From the NCBI GenBank assembly GCA_963847445.1, contig CAWJZV010000041.1, positions 1 through 64,000 of the forward strand: a stretch of 64,000 nt of DNA, written 5' to 3'. The notes below the pieces were generated by a model that worked only from the letters and a program-made list of their open reading frames with translations, was not told the DNA's origin and did no database searches. Shown one piece after another: positions 19,442-30,836 of the stretch (the first letter of the stretch is position 1; every line of letters begins with the position of its first letter). The stretch comes from an uncultured delta proteobacterium. Lineage in GTDB: Bacteria; Desulfobacterota; Binatia; UBA9968. A program made the translations under genes and the position numbers.

Positions 19442-22400
19442 TTATGGCAGCGCCAATGTGATTTTTCCAAAGATCGTCCGGTTCGGTTGTATGCGCGAGT
19501 TGTTTAAGTCTCGTTCATAGTATTTGAATGTTTGGTCAAATAGATTGGTCGCTCCAACCGTGATAAACCCGTATCGCTTCGGCAACCGAAAGTTAATCCC
19601 CAGATCCACCAGAAAAAAATTATCACTGCCGGACCGAGTGTCCTGCAACCTGATGCTTTGATGGTAGTAGGTCCCGGTCAGAAAGGCGCTCAATCCCGAA
19701 GGGTGGAAGACACTGACCCCCAAGGGAACACTGTGGGTAGTGAGCCGTGTTGGTTCGCCGATCGTTCCTTCGGTTCTATATTGGTCAAACATGTATTCGG
19801 TTCGGAGCGCGAGCCATGGATGGGGCGTCCAAAACAGGTAAGTGCGGCTGAGGTACTCGTCCATGTTCTCGTTTATTGTTGTATTCGTCGGTCCTATTGC
19901 CGGAGTCTTCAAATCTCTTTTGGAAAATTCTACGCCTCCGAACAGCTCTTTGGTGAACTTTTGATCGACAGCCGCGCCGTAGCGCCACGCTTCGGTACCA
20001 TTGAAATCATCATAAAATTGGTTAAAACCGGCGACCTGAGTCGGCTCGAGGGTCGCGTTGGTAACCAGGGTTCTCTTCAAGGTCCTGAACGCGGCAGCTC
20101 GCAGCGTGGTATTGGGAACCGGATTCCAAGTGACGCCGAATTTTGGGTTGGCCTGGTTGATACTCTCTGTATCTGGACTTTCGCCCCTGGTAAAATCCCC
20201 ACTGACGCCAAGAGTAAACGTCACATTCTTCAGGAAATTAAGATAGGAATAGGCGTAAATATTGGTGTGTTTGAGATCCAAACTTTGGCGGTCGTGGATT
20301 ACCAGAAGCGGCGGTATGTCGATGCCGAAATCACGACTGAGGTATCCATGAATATTGAAGTGGCCGACACCGGTCGTGAGGTTAAACCAGCTCGAACGAA
20401 ACAAGTGTTGAAGCTCGGCGCTGACAGCATTTTCCGGTCTTTTAACGTCGATAAAATCATTGGGGAAACCAACGATTTGATTATCCTGCAATTTAACGTC
20501 TGCATGTTGATAGGTCAGTGAGCCAATGACGATTGAATCCGGTGAAAAGCTATGGCGCGCGCCAAAGCGCGCGGTGTGCCGTTCTTCGGTGTTTATCTCG
20601 CCGGGAAAGAAGTCCTGGGAGAAGAATTTCTGTAAGATGTCGCCTCTTTCATTATTTCTGTATCGATATTCGGCTTGAATGCTGGTTTGTGGCGAGATCT
20701 CCAGTTGCACAAAGGCGTTGCCGATGTCGTCCTTCTGGTCGGCGTTTTTGCGAAACCCGTCGGTCTGATAGTGAAATCCGCCAAGGCTGAATGATAATTT
20801 TTTGTAGATGCCGGCGACCACACCTTCGCCACCGTAGGTGTTATTTTCACCCGCGAGGCCGCTGGTCTGAAAGGTCAGGCCGTTGCGGTTGAAAATCGGA
20901 TTGAACTCGTTAAATGAGAGCGCTCCAGGACCGCCGGCGCTGATGAGGAATAGGTTGCTCTCGGAAAGCCGGGGCTGGATGGGCGTCATATTGAGCGGCT
21001 GCAGCAGTTGCGACTGCAAGCAGTTCGCTGACCCTGGCGATCTCGTGACGCGGCAATATCGGAATAAGAATCGGCGAGGAACCGGTGCGCGGAAAAGTTG
21101 GTTGGATCGGTGTTGACGGATTTCCACCCTTCCACCAGGGCAAGCTGCTGGAAGCCCAGATCGCTATAGATTCGGCCTGGCTGGCGCTGCGCGCGGCCAG
21201 ATCGGAATCGAGCTGCAATTGTGAACGGTAGACCGCGCGGTTGTCATTGAGCTCGATGGCCTTTTCCATCGACTGCAACGCTTCCACCGGACGGTTGGTG
21301 GTCTGCTTCTGGATGGCGTCGTAGAAGTAGGGAGTCGGGTCCTTGGGGTCGAGTTCTTTCGCGGTGGCGTAATCACGTTCGGCGAGATCCGAGCGCTTTT
21401 CTTCGTAGTAGGCTTTACCCAAGTAGCTGCGGACGATGGAGTTATTCGCGTCCAGGCTCGCGGCGATCTCCAGCTCTTTTCTGCCGTCAATTAGATCGCC
21501 GTCGCGAATCTTTCCCAGACCTAGACCGAGTCTCGACAGCGCATCGGCTTGGTCGAGCTCGATGGCTTTTTCGAAAGCTTTTTTCGCTTCGACTGTGTCG
21601 ACCCGCGTTAGGTAGGCGAAGCCGAGAACCATCTGTGTTCTCGACAGATTCGGATTCAGCGCCACAGCTTTCTGCGCCGCCGCCAGTGCGTCATCGAGGT
21701 CGGCGAATGACAGATGAATCTCAGCCAGCCTGGCCCAGGCCAGCGCGTTGTTCGGTTCGGCTTGCACGGCTTGCTGTAAGCTGTTGCGCGCGCCTTCGAG
21801 ATTGAAGTTCGCCTGCTGCGCGTAGGATAGGGCAGTGAGAGCGGCGGCTGATTTGGGATTGGCGCTGACGGCTTTCTGGGCGATACCGAGAGCCTTCTCT
21901 TTGTCGTTTTGCACTACGGCGATGATCGACTGCAGCGCCAGGGCGTCACTGTAGTTGGCATTTAATTTCAGCGCGCGCTCGAGATCGGGACCGGCCTCGT
22001 CGACTCGCCCGACGCCGAGAAGCAATGACGCGCGGTAAGCGAAAAAGCGCGGCTCGGTTATATCTGCCGGAGCGCCCTTGAGGGCGTCGAAGGCGCGTTG
22101 ATAGTCGCCCTTCATATAGGCTTCGACGGAGTTGCGCGCCAGGCCCTGCCAGGGCTGTGTGCCCTGAAAATCTTCCGGCCGGAAATAGGCCACGGGTGGA
22201 TAGTAAAGCGCCCACTGAACGGCATCGCGCGGACGTACCACGGTGCGCAGAACCGGCGCTTGCCCTTGCACGGCGACCGCCGATTGGCCACTGGCGATCG
22301 GCAAGCTGCCCGCCGCATTGGCGGCCAAGACCCTGCCTTCGAAGATCGTGATCAAGGTTCTGTCCGCCTCGACTTGAACCAGGCCTTCAGTTCCTTCCAC

Positions 22401-22803
22401 ACCGGCGTTCACGAACGCGGTGTTCACTTCTAAGTTGCGCGGCAAACGGCTGAAGAAATGCAAAGCACCGCGGGCAAGATCGATGATCGAGGCGCGCTCA
22501 TCTTTCAACCCCGCCAAGGTAATGATCGTATTCTGATCGAGACGGAGAACCGGTTGATTGACCAAGGCGACGTCCGCCCGGCTTTTATCGCCAACCTGGA
22601 TGCGATCCCCGGCGCAATAGGTTTCGTTCAAGCGGGCCGGCTGTGACTGAGTTTGGCCGGCTCTGCGAACCTCGACATTGCCCTGGACGGAGACCATCTT
22701 GGCGACCCCTGGATCGCAGACGGTCGCGGCGAAGGATGACTGTGGGGAGAGATAACGTGACCGCGCTAGCGGACCACGCCAGCAAGACTAATAACAATCT
22801 CAT
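19442..22803 (-). CDS. FecR domain-TPR-outer membrane beta-barrel fusion (NsrA-like), frameshifted
   Basis: Signal peptide; FecR motifs (GDRIQVG, LRLDQNT, VNTAFVNAGVEGTE); many TPR helices; C-terminal alternating beta strands (GATNLFD...IFGKITLALP). Confidence 0.85.
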
Positions 22804-23146
22804 TGTCTCGGTCTTCACCCTGCACCCCCAAATCAAGGATGAAAGCGGGAATAGGATACAGCCGTGGGCTTCTCTTAGTCACCTTCGCGAACCCATGTCA
22901 AGCGCCTGCTTTGCGCCGTACGCGGCATATCGGAGCGATCGATCGAGCGCTCGAGTCGGCGAGATTTCTTCGAATGAGTTCGCCGCGGAATGTTCCCAAG
23001 TCATTCCAGGAAGAAAACGTAGAGCATCGATCGTGCCAACGCGCGGAATCCCAATCCCCCAGCTAACTAGCACTGTATGCAGGAAATCGCTCGTATTCGT
23101 TAAATCTCCCGGTGCGAAGATTGACCGTATACTTCTCGATACATAG

Positions 23147-23162
23147 TGTTAACAAAGTTACA
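23147..23162. promoter_or_regulatory. Possible CRP-family binding site
   Basis: TGTTA-ACAAAG-TTACA, 8/10 match to TGTGA-N6-TCACA, between the cyclase and the FecR-barrel gene. Confidence 0.25.
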
Positions 23163-23166
23163 CAGC

Positions 23167-25427
23167 TTACTTCTCATCGAGAGCAATCACGCCGTCCCAG
23201 GTTTCCCCGGGCGGACGCGATTTGTACTCGTCACAAAGCTTTAAATAGAAATGGGCCGGTCCGTCGGTCTCGCGGATTTCAACGGCGCGAGCGAATTTCT
23301 CTTTAGCTTCGTCCCATGCTTGCCGCCTGAATGCGTCGAGGCCTTGGGCAAACAACTCGCAGGTTTGTTGTGTGTTTCTCGCCGGACTCTTCAAGGCTGC
23401 CCAACAGTTCATGCACGACTATGGGCAGTGCCTTACCTTTAAGCATGAAGGTGCCCACTTCGCGGGCAGCCAGACCATTGAGGTCGGCTATAGCTTCACC
23501 AGACACCAGCACCTCGGTACCGAGATACTTATTTAGACCGTCCATCCGCGATGCCGTGTTGACGGTATCTCCCGTGGGGCCGTACTCATAATGATCGCCG
23601 GCGCCGATATTGCCGATAAAAATCTCGCCTGAGTGCACGCCGACGCGAGTGGGTAGATCGAGATTCGCCACCGTGCCGTTGAAACGATGCACCGCCTTGG
23701 CGACGTCGAGTGCCGCCGAACAGGCCTGGCGGCGCAAGCGATCGTCCGGTCCCGCCGCCTTCCAGATCGCCAAGAAGGAGTCCCCCTTTAGGTTTACGAC
23801 CATGCCGCCATGTCGTTTTACGGGCTCAAACGTTGCTTCGAAATACTTATGCATCAGATCGCTCAACTGCTGCGGCGTCATTTTTTCCGACAGCGTCGTG
23901 TAACCGGCGACATCCGCGAATAGACACGCGCCGTAAACCATTTGGCCGCTGTTTTTGATATCGATCATATTCCTGGCAAGCTGATCCACCACTTCGTCCG
24001 GCACATAGTAAGCGAGCGCTTTGCGGATCTGCTGGCGCTCCTTATTGGTTTCGACATAGTTCCACAACACCGCGCCGGTAATCGCCAACGGACTTTGAGC
24101 GAATAGAGGGATGACGATCGGATACCAGGTGCCGTCCGTGGCAAAGTGAAATTCAGCGCCAAGCAGGTAAAGCACGCTCATGCCGGTAACAGTCGCCGCC
24201 CCGACGATCATCGAGGTGACACGACAAATCATGCCGGTGAGCAAACCCCAGAGTGGAATCAACAAGAGATACGCGAAAGTGCCGAGCGGTTTTACCGGTT
24301 TATCTTCGAGCAGGTTGAGAAACGCGGTTGCGGCGATTTCGACGCCGCCGATAAAGACTCCGTTGGCTTGCGAGAACACGGTATAGAAACTGTCTTTGCG
24401 CTCGGCGAGGATTCTTTCCGAGAGTCCGACGAAGACGGCTTTGCCTTTAAGATCGACGGCTTTTTGATCGCTTGTCGCGCTCGCCGATCTGCAGCGCGCG
24501 ATAATAGGGAATGGTGGTCACGGTTCGCGGCGGGCCGTAGTAATTCACGTAGCGGCGATTGGAGCCGCCGTAGAGGTCGATGTGAAGCGTTAGCAGTCGC
24601 TTGCGCCGCTCATCGAACCGCGGTTGATCTGATCGCTCCAACTCCGCAAGCATTCTCGACCGGATCGATGGGTCGGTTTCAAAGATTTCCCTGATATCCC
24701 GCATCAGCTCTACGATGCGTTTTTTTTGGATTATCGGATCGACATCGCGCGGCAGCTTGGCGGCGTGACTGGGGCTGACTTTTCCCAATAACCCGACGAA
24801 GTCTTGGTAAACATCGATGTGGTAAAGTTGGAATGCGACCACGGGAAAAGTCGGCGCATCGCCGGTACTGGGTTGGAAGGTCCAGTACTTGTTTACCTTG
24901 AAAGGGATCCTCGGTAGCACGAACGGCACGGTGGCCAGAGCTGAGTCTGCCAGCGGAGCGTAGGGTTTAATTATTTTCACGATGCTATGTTCCGGCGAGT
25001 CAGCGCCGCCCGTGTTGGACGTGGAAAGTTCCCTGGCGCTGAGAGCGTCGCCAAGCACGACATTGCCCGCTTTTTTCAATGCGGCGGCGAACGCTTTGTC
25101 GTCTTTCTCGATGCGGGCTTCGATAAAATGCACGTCGAAGGTCACCACCGAGGCGCCGGCTTTCGACAAAACTTCGACGAGCCGGGCGTGCAGCGAGCGC
25201 GGCCACTTGTCTGGGTTTTCAGGTATTTTGAGCTGGTCGGCGGAGTCCTTGTCTATGCTCACGACGACCGCGTCGCCGGGCGCCGGCCTCGGGCCGCGCA
25301 GCTTGAACAGCAAGCCCAGGCCGGTGTCTTCCTCGAGTTCGTGGGTAAATTGAAAAAAACTCAGAACCAACCCGGTGGCAGCGACCAGTAGGCCGAGCAG
25401 TAACGGTTTTAAAATTCGCGACAACAT
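23167..25427 (-). CDS. CHASE2-domain class III nucleotidyl cyclase with C-terminal TPR-like tail, frameshifted
   Basis: CHASE2 (VVSIDKDS, WPRSLHARL, FDVHF, VNYYGP, GVEIAA), three TM segments, LFADVAGYT, GD, RVGVHSG, GDTVNTASR, WDGVIAL tail. Confidence 0.88.
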
Positions 25428-25473
25428 CGATAACTCTACTTTTCCGAACACCGGACAAAAAGAGGCGAGGAAC

Positions 25474-26460
25474 TCATTTGAGCGGCCGATCTTTTCTCAG
25501 CTCTTGTTGCGCGTCCAAGAGTAAGCGATTGTCGAAGATCGTCGACAGCGGCGCGGTGAATTGAGTCTTCGCCAACTCCGACTCCATCTGCACCGAGGCG
25601 CGCAGCGCGTTTTCCGTTAAGGTGCCGTCGTAGCTGAAAATCCCGCCGAGATTTTTATAAAGATTCTCCGCGGTGGCGGCGTCGACACTCATCCACTCGC
25701 CGATCAATTTCGTCGACTCGTCTTTTTGGCTACGGATGAAGCGCTGGCTTTCGATCAGCGCTTTGATCATGCGCTTGACCTGCTCGGGTGATTTTTGCAG
25801 CTTCTGGTCGCTGACATCCAAACCGGAGATCGGAATGTCGACGTGATCTTTATGCCAGAGCAGGATCTTGTAGCCCAGCGCGGTGCCGAGGGTATCCAAG
25901 GGCGGGCCATGAGAGGCGGCGTCGATGCGGCCGGCTTGCATGGCCGCGAGTTGGCTGCGCACATCGCCGGCGGGTAAGATTTTCACATCCTTGGCGGCGT
26001 CGATACGAAACTGATTTAAGATCGTCAGCAAGCTCAGATGGATGGTGCTGCCGGCGGAGCTGACGCCGATGGTTTTGCCTTTTAGGTCGTTAAGCGATTT
26101 GACCTCTGGCTTGACCAAAATCATGAAAATAACTTTCTCCGCGCCCATCATCACCAGCTTGATCGGGATGCCGCGCAGCGCCGCCGATACCGCCGGCTGA
26201 AAACCGTTGTAAAAATCGAGATCGCCGCTCAATAGCGCCGGCACGGCGACCGAGGAGCGCAACAAAACGGTCTCCGGGCGAAAACCGTATTTGGCGTAGA
26301 AGCCTTTTTTGTCGGCGACAAAGAGCGGTAGCGAGCCGAAACCGCGGCTCGAAACGCCGATGCGGACGCGCTCTTGGGCAAAAGACGGAAGCCCCGATGT
26401 TATGAGGAAAACTAGCAGGGCAATGGTTCGCACGAACCTGTTGGCTTGTTTGTGGATCAC
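25474..26460 (-). CDS. NMT1/SsuA-like ABC substrate-binding protein
   Basis: Signal peptide, KKGFYAKYG, SLNDLKGKTIGVS. Confidence 0.85.
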   Translation of the reverse strand: MIHKQANRFVRTIALLVFLITSGLPSFAQERVRIGVSSRGFGSLPLFVADKKGFYAKYGFRPETVLLRSSVAVPALLSGDLDFYNGFQPAVSAALRGIPIKLVMMGAEKVIFMILVKPEVKSLNDLKGKTIGVSSAGSTIHLSLLTILNQFRIDAAKDVKILPAGDVRSQLAAMQAGRIDAASHGPPLDTLGTALGYKILLWHKDHVDIPISGLDVSDQKLQKSPEQVKRMIKALIESQRFIRSQKDESTKLIGEWMSVDAATAENLYKNLGGIFSYDGTLTENALRASVQMESELAKTQFTAPLSTIFDNRLLLDAQQELRKDRPLK

Positions 26461-26480
26461 TAGGAATTCACCGGATTTAT

Positions 26481-26560
26481 GCAGGCGGCAACCCGCCGTG
26501 GTTGCCCCTGCCGATTTACCATCGCAGCATCGATAGGGCGGGCCGGGGGCTTGCCCGTGG
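26481..26560. repeat. GTAG-type REP-like pair (degenerate)
   Basis: GCAGGCGGCAACCCGCCGTGGTTGCCC ... GGGCGGGCCGGGGGCTTGCCC, two hairpins downstream of ubiD copy 2. Confidence 0.5.
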
Positions 26561-26575
26561 AATCATTGTGGACGT

Positions 26576-27998
26576 TTATTTCAGTCCCAGTTTCGGCGCC
26601 CATTTTTCCCAGATTTCTTCGCGTTTGTCGGCGCTGAATTTGTTCGCCACGGCGAACTTGTCGCGCCAGTGAAACGGCTTGCAGGCATCGATCAGCATGC
26701 GGCCCATGGTGAAGTCGCCGCGCTCGCGTTTTTCCGGCGCCAGTCGCGGGTCGAGGTCGGAGGTCCAGGATTTCAATACCTGCACCGACTCGGCCGGGTC
26801 GACGCGGGTGCACATGGCCCAGATGACTTGCTTCAAGTCCACCGGATCGATGTCGTCGTCGACGGCGATGTAATAGCGGTACATGCTGGCGCCGGTCATC
26901 ATGCCGGCGACGGCGGTGAGCGCTTGCAGCGCCTGGCCGGCGAAGCGTTGCTTGAGTGAGACGACGACCATGAGCGTGTGGCAATGACACCAGACGCCTT
27001 GCACGTCCGACACGCCCGACTGTTCAAGATGATCCCAGATGCGCGCCGCGAAAAGCGGGATGCCGTAGCGTTCGGTGATCGGCAGCAGTGGCGGATTGCC
27101 GAGCAGGATCGGATCGTTGCGGTGCAGGATTCTTTTTACCCGCACGACGCACTCTTCGCCGCTATGGGTGTAGTAGCCGGGCCATTCGCCGAAGGGGCCT
27201 TCGCTGTGGGTTTCTTCTTCCGGCGGCGGCATCTCGCCTTCGACGACGATCTCCGAGGTTGCCGGCACGGGGAGTCCGGTGTAGGGCGCGCGGATCACTT
27301 CGAGCGGCGCGCCGCGTAGGGCGCCGGCGTATTCATATTCGCTGACGCCCGCTTTCGCCGCCGACGGCGCGGCCATCCAAGTCGCCGGCTCGCAGCCGAG
27401 CACGATGGCGACTGGGCAAGGTTTGCCGGCCTGCCAGTATTTGCGGGCGATCTGCTTGCCATGCTTTTGCTCAATGATCCAGAGCGTCAAACGGTCTTTG
27501 CCGACAATACAGGAACGATAGGTGCCGACATTGATCCAGCCGCTGTCGGGGTCTTTCACCACCACCATGTCGCCGGTGCCGATGTAGCGGCCGCCGTCAT
27601 GCTCGTGCCACTTGGGCGTCGGAAATATTCCCAAGTCGACTTTGTCACCTTCGAGAATATTTTCCAGGATCGGTCCAGTGGCGACCTCTATTGGGGCGAA
27701 AGGTTTGAGATCGCGAATCTTGTTGCGCCAGGTGCGGAGTATTTCCAGCTTAGGCGCATCGGTGGGCAGGCTTAGAGCGAGCGCAAAGCGGCGTGCGGTG
27801 GCCAGCACGTTAGCGGCGATGCGAAAACCTGTGGGATAGCCGGGAACGTTGTCAAATAGTAATAACGGGCCTTCCTGCTCGGCCATCAGCTCGGTCAGGC
27901 AGCCGATCTCGAGATTCCAATCGGCGCCGTCGATTTGCTTGAGCTCGCCGATGCGCGCGGCGCCGTCGATGAAAGCTGCGTAGATCGCTAAATGGCAT
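26576..27998 (-). CDS. UbiD family prFMN-dependent (de)carboxylase (copy 2)
   Basis: MPFSDLRS/FID start (one indel) after GAGG; DGGRYIGT, NVGTYR, EGPFGEWPGYY, IDACKP. Confidence 0.92.
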
Positions 27999-28019
27999 GA
28001 ATCCTCGCTTCGCTCGGAG

Positions 28020-28071
28020 TTCCAAATTTCATATTCCAAATTTCACAACCTTTGGAATTTGCAATCTGGAA
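28020..28071. repeat. Heptamer repeats in inverted arrangement
   Basis: ttccaaa tttcata ttccaaa tttcaca ... tttggaa tttgcaa tctggaa. Confidence 0.55.
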
Positions 28072-28088
28072 TGCGCATTAGCCTTTGG

Positions 28089-28833
28089 CTAATGCGTGGC
28101 GGCGTAGCAGCCGTCCATGAACATTTTGTTCAAGTCGGCCGGGGTTACGGCGCAGTACTCTGCTGAGTAGCCGGGGCGTTCGTTGATGCCTTCTTGGAGC
28201 AGGCGGACCAGCACATGCTGGGTCACCGCGCCATGGGCCATGCGATCGAGGTGGTCCATGGTGTCGGCTTCGTGATGTTTAGAGAAATAACTCGCTTCGG
28301 CGGTGGTCAGGCCATAGTACTTGGTCAGTGATTTGAAGAAGTCCAAGCAAGATTCGCCAAACGGGTGTTCCCAGAGGACCGAGAACCAGTACTCTTGAAT
28401 CTGCCCGTCGTTGATCAGCGTGCGATGAAAGTCCGGCAGGGCGCGGCACTGCGGCAGCATGGGTGCGAGTAAGCACTTCTTCTTTGGTCAATCCGAGCGC
28501 GGCGCCGGTGCTCATCAGGATTTGGATATGGCCCGGAGGCGAGGGATGGCCGAATTCGTCGAGTACCTTCTGGGTGTACACTTCCATCAGGTCGACGTTT
28601 TTGACGAAGAACCACAGGTGTTTGTAAAACGCCGCGGTATAGACCGAGTTGATCACCGGCACGAAGGCGCCCCAGTTCTGGTAAAAAAGCTGGATGGTTT
28701 CTTTTTTGAGCTTGCCCTCGCGCAACTCGTCCATGAACTTGGTCTTATCGACGGTCTGTTTCCAGCGCTTGTCGCACTTGGCTGCCAGCTCGGCAATGTA
28801 TTCCTTGGCCTGGCTTTCGTTCATCTTGACCAT
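28089..28833 (-). CDS. Heme-oxygenase-like diiron protein (CADD/TenA/PqqC fold), copy 2, frameshifted
   Basis: DEFGHPSPPGH, WEHP, YFSKHHEADTMDH; clear paralogue of 6770-7544; GGAGGA RBS. Confidence 0.75.
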
Positions 28834-28871
28834 TCTTATTCCTCCAAAACATTGCGCTGCTAGATCTCATT

Positions 28872-28900
28872 TGCATATGGCAGGGTCAACGGGCTGTCAA
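28872..28900 (-). promoter_or_regulatory. Sigma70-like promoter for the diiron-ubiD-SBP operon
   Basis: TTGACA-17 bp-TATGCA on the minus strand. Confidence 0.45.
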
Positions 28901-28976
28901 GCCGATGGGCCGCTTGCTCATGCCGAGAGCAGTAGGATAGAGTTAGCCAAAGCTGAATCCCCGGAAAGGAAAACTT

Positions 28977-29360
28977 ATGGAATTCTTAAATCTGCAAGAA
29001 GAGTCCGCCAAGGCGCAACGCAAGATCGATCTCTACGGCACGGATAACTTCCGTTCATGGCTGCTATATTTCGTTCCCGGCGATGGCACCGACATGCACT
29101 ATCACGCCAGTCCGGAAACATTTTTGGTTTTCTCCGGTAACGGAGTGGTCAAGGGCATCAAGGGCGAGGAGAAACCGATCAAGCAGCACGACGTCCTGTG
29201 TCTGGCCGCCAAGGATTACTATCAGATTGTGAATACTGGAACCGAGCCTTTGGTGCTGTTCGGCAACCGCTCCGAGGCCTTCGGCGGAGCGCATATTCTG
29301 GCCGACGGCAGGATCGCAGCAAGCTGCAGCAAGGCGCCTGATCAGAGCGCTATTGAGTAG
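28977..29360 (+). CDS. Cupin-2 domain protein
   Basis: PGDGTDMHYH...PETFLVFSGNG and HDVL..AKDYYQIVNTG motifs. Confidence 0.8.
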   Translation: MEFLNLQEESAKAQRKIDLYGTDNFRSWLLYFVPGDGTDMHYHASPETFLVFSGNGVVKGIKGEEKPIKQHDVLCLAAKDYYQIVNTGTEPLVLFGNRSEAFGGAHILADGRIAASCSKAPDQSAIE

Positions 29361-29374
29361 CTTTTGGACGCGAA

Positions 29375-29403
29375 TTGACTTAAGACAGGGTAGTGGTTAA
29401 TTT
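29375..29403 (+). promoter_or_regulatory. Sigma70-like promoter
   Basis: TTGACT-17 bp-TAATTT. Confidence 0.5.
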
Positions 29404-29434
29404 ACCTGGCAGTTTCGCAAGTTGAGGATTTTTC

Positions 29435-29747
29435 ATGCCTATCTACGAGTATAGCTGTCAGAAATGCGGCGTCGTCGAAGTCACCCAAAGGATCACGCGA
29501 AAAGGCTCTGACTAAGTGTCCGACTTGCAAGAGTAAGGTCAAAAAGTTGATTTCCAATACATCGTTTCAATTAAAGGGCACCGGCTGGTATGTCACCGAC
29601 TACGCCCGCAAGGGGCAAAACGGCGAGTCGAAAAGCGATAGCGGTTCAAAGTCCTCGTCGTCATCCGATTCAAAGAGTGACTCAAAGACTGATTCAAAGA
29701 GTGAATCGAAGAGCGAAACCAAAAAGAGCGAGACTACTTCGAGCTAG
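29435..29747 (+). CDS. FmdB family zinc-ribbon protein with Ser/Lys-rich tail, frameshifted
   Basis: [12 protein letters not shown]...CPTC...[18 protein letters not shown]. Confidence 0.85.
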
Positions 29748-29821
29748 CAGCGAAAAATCGTCATCGACCACCAGCACGGCGTCGACCTAGCCACGACCCA
29801 GATCGATAATCGACTCAATAT

Positions 29822-29855
29822 CAGCGGCGCCTCAAGTGGCGCCGCTGGTCGTTTT
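29822..29855 (+). terminator. Probable intrinsic terminator
   Basis: CAGCGGCGCC/GGCGCCGCTG stem followed by GTCGTTTT. Confidence 0.5.
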
Positions 29856-29959
29856 GGGGGATGTTAAGTATCGGTTCGGGGGCTAAATAGCGTCTAGATT
29901 TAGCGGCGCGATTTTCGCTATAGCTGGGACACAAAGAAACTTGAAGGAGGTTTTAGACA

Positions 29960-30684
29960 ATGGCACAGACGATTGAGAATATTGTTGATCCCAATGACTC
30001 CGGCTTATCATCGGAAATGGTGAAGATCGGCGACTTGAACGCGTATGTTTCGCGGCCCAAGGACGGCAAGAATTTGGGCACGGTCATCGTGATTCACGAG
30101 AACCGCGGTTTGGTCGGTCATATTAAGGACGTCACCCGCCGGTTCGCCAAGGATGGCTTCGCGGCGATCGGGGTCGACCTGATGAGCCGGATCGGCGGCA
30201 GCGACAAGTGGAATGGCAGCGACGAGGCGACCAAGGAAATCGGCAAAATCACTGGCGCGATGGCGGTTGAGGATTTGACTTCGGCGGTCGCTTATATGAA
30301 AAAACAGGGCTACGTCAACGGCAAAGTCGGCGTGGTCGGCTACTGCTGGGGTGGCGGACAGTCGCTCAACTTCGCGACCAAGTGCAAGGATTTGAACGCC
30401 GCCGTGGTTTACTACGGCCGCAATCCCGATCCGCTCGATTCCGTCGCCAATATCCCTTGCCCGGTGATGGGTAACTACGCGGCTGACGATGCCAACATCA
30501 TGCCCGGTGTCGAGCCCTTGAAAGCGGCACTGGCCAAGGCCGGCAAGAGCTTTGACTGCAAAGTGTTCGACGGCGCCAAACACGCCTTTAACAACAATAC
30601 CAATGCCGACCGTTACAATCCCGATGCGGCGAAAGATGCCTGGGCGCAGAACGACCGAGTTTCTTCAAAGCGAATTTGTCCTAA
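29960..30684 (+). CDS. Dienelactone hydrolase family protein
   Basis: VIHENRG, VGYCWGG, YYG, HAF catalytic motifs; indel near the C-terminus. Confidence 0.9.
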
Positions 30685-30713
30685 TACAAGACAAGCGTCT
30701 AGGTTAACGCAAA

Positions 30714-30755
30714 AGCGGCATGCGGCTTACCGATCAAGGTAAGTCGCATGCCGCT
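30714..30755. terminator. Strong hairpin between convergent genes, probable terminator
   Basis: AGCGGCATGCGGCTTACC/GGTAAGTCGCATGCCGCT inverted repeat. Confidence 0.65.
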
Positions 30756-30836
30756 GTTAATTTGATTGTAAGGTGTCGGTCGCGCGAGGCGGTCGGCGAT
30801 ACTGTGTCTGCGAACCGCTAGTATCGCGTAGTGGGG

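Noticed and set aside
29625-29745. 12-bp repeats in the FmdB tail
   Set aside because: Ordinary low-complexity Ser/Lys tail common in this family.
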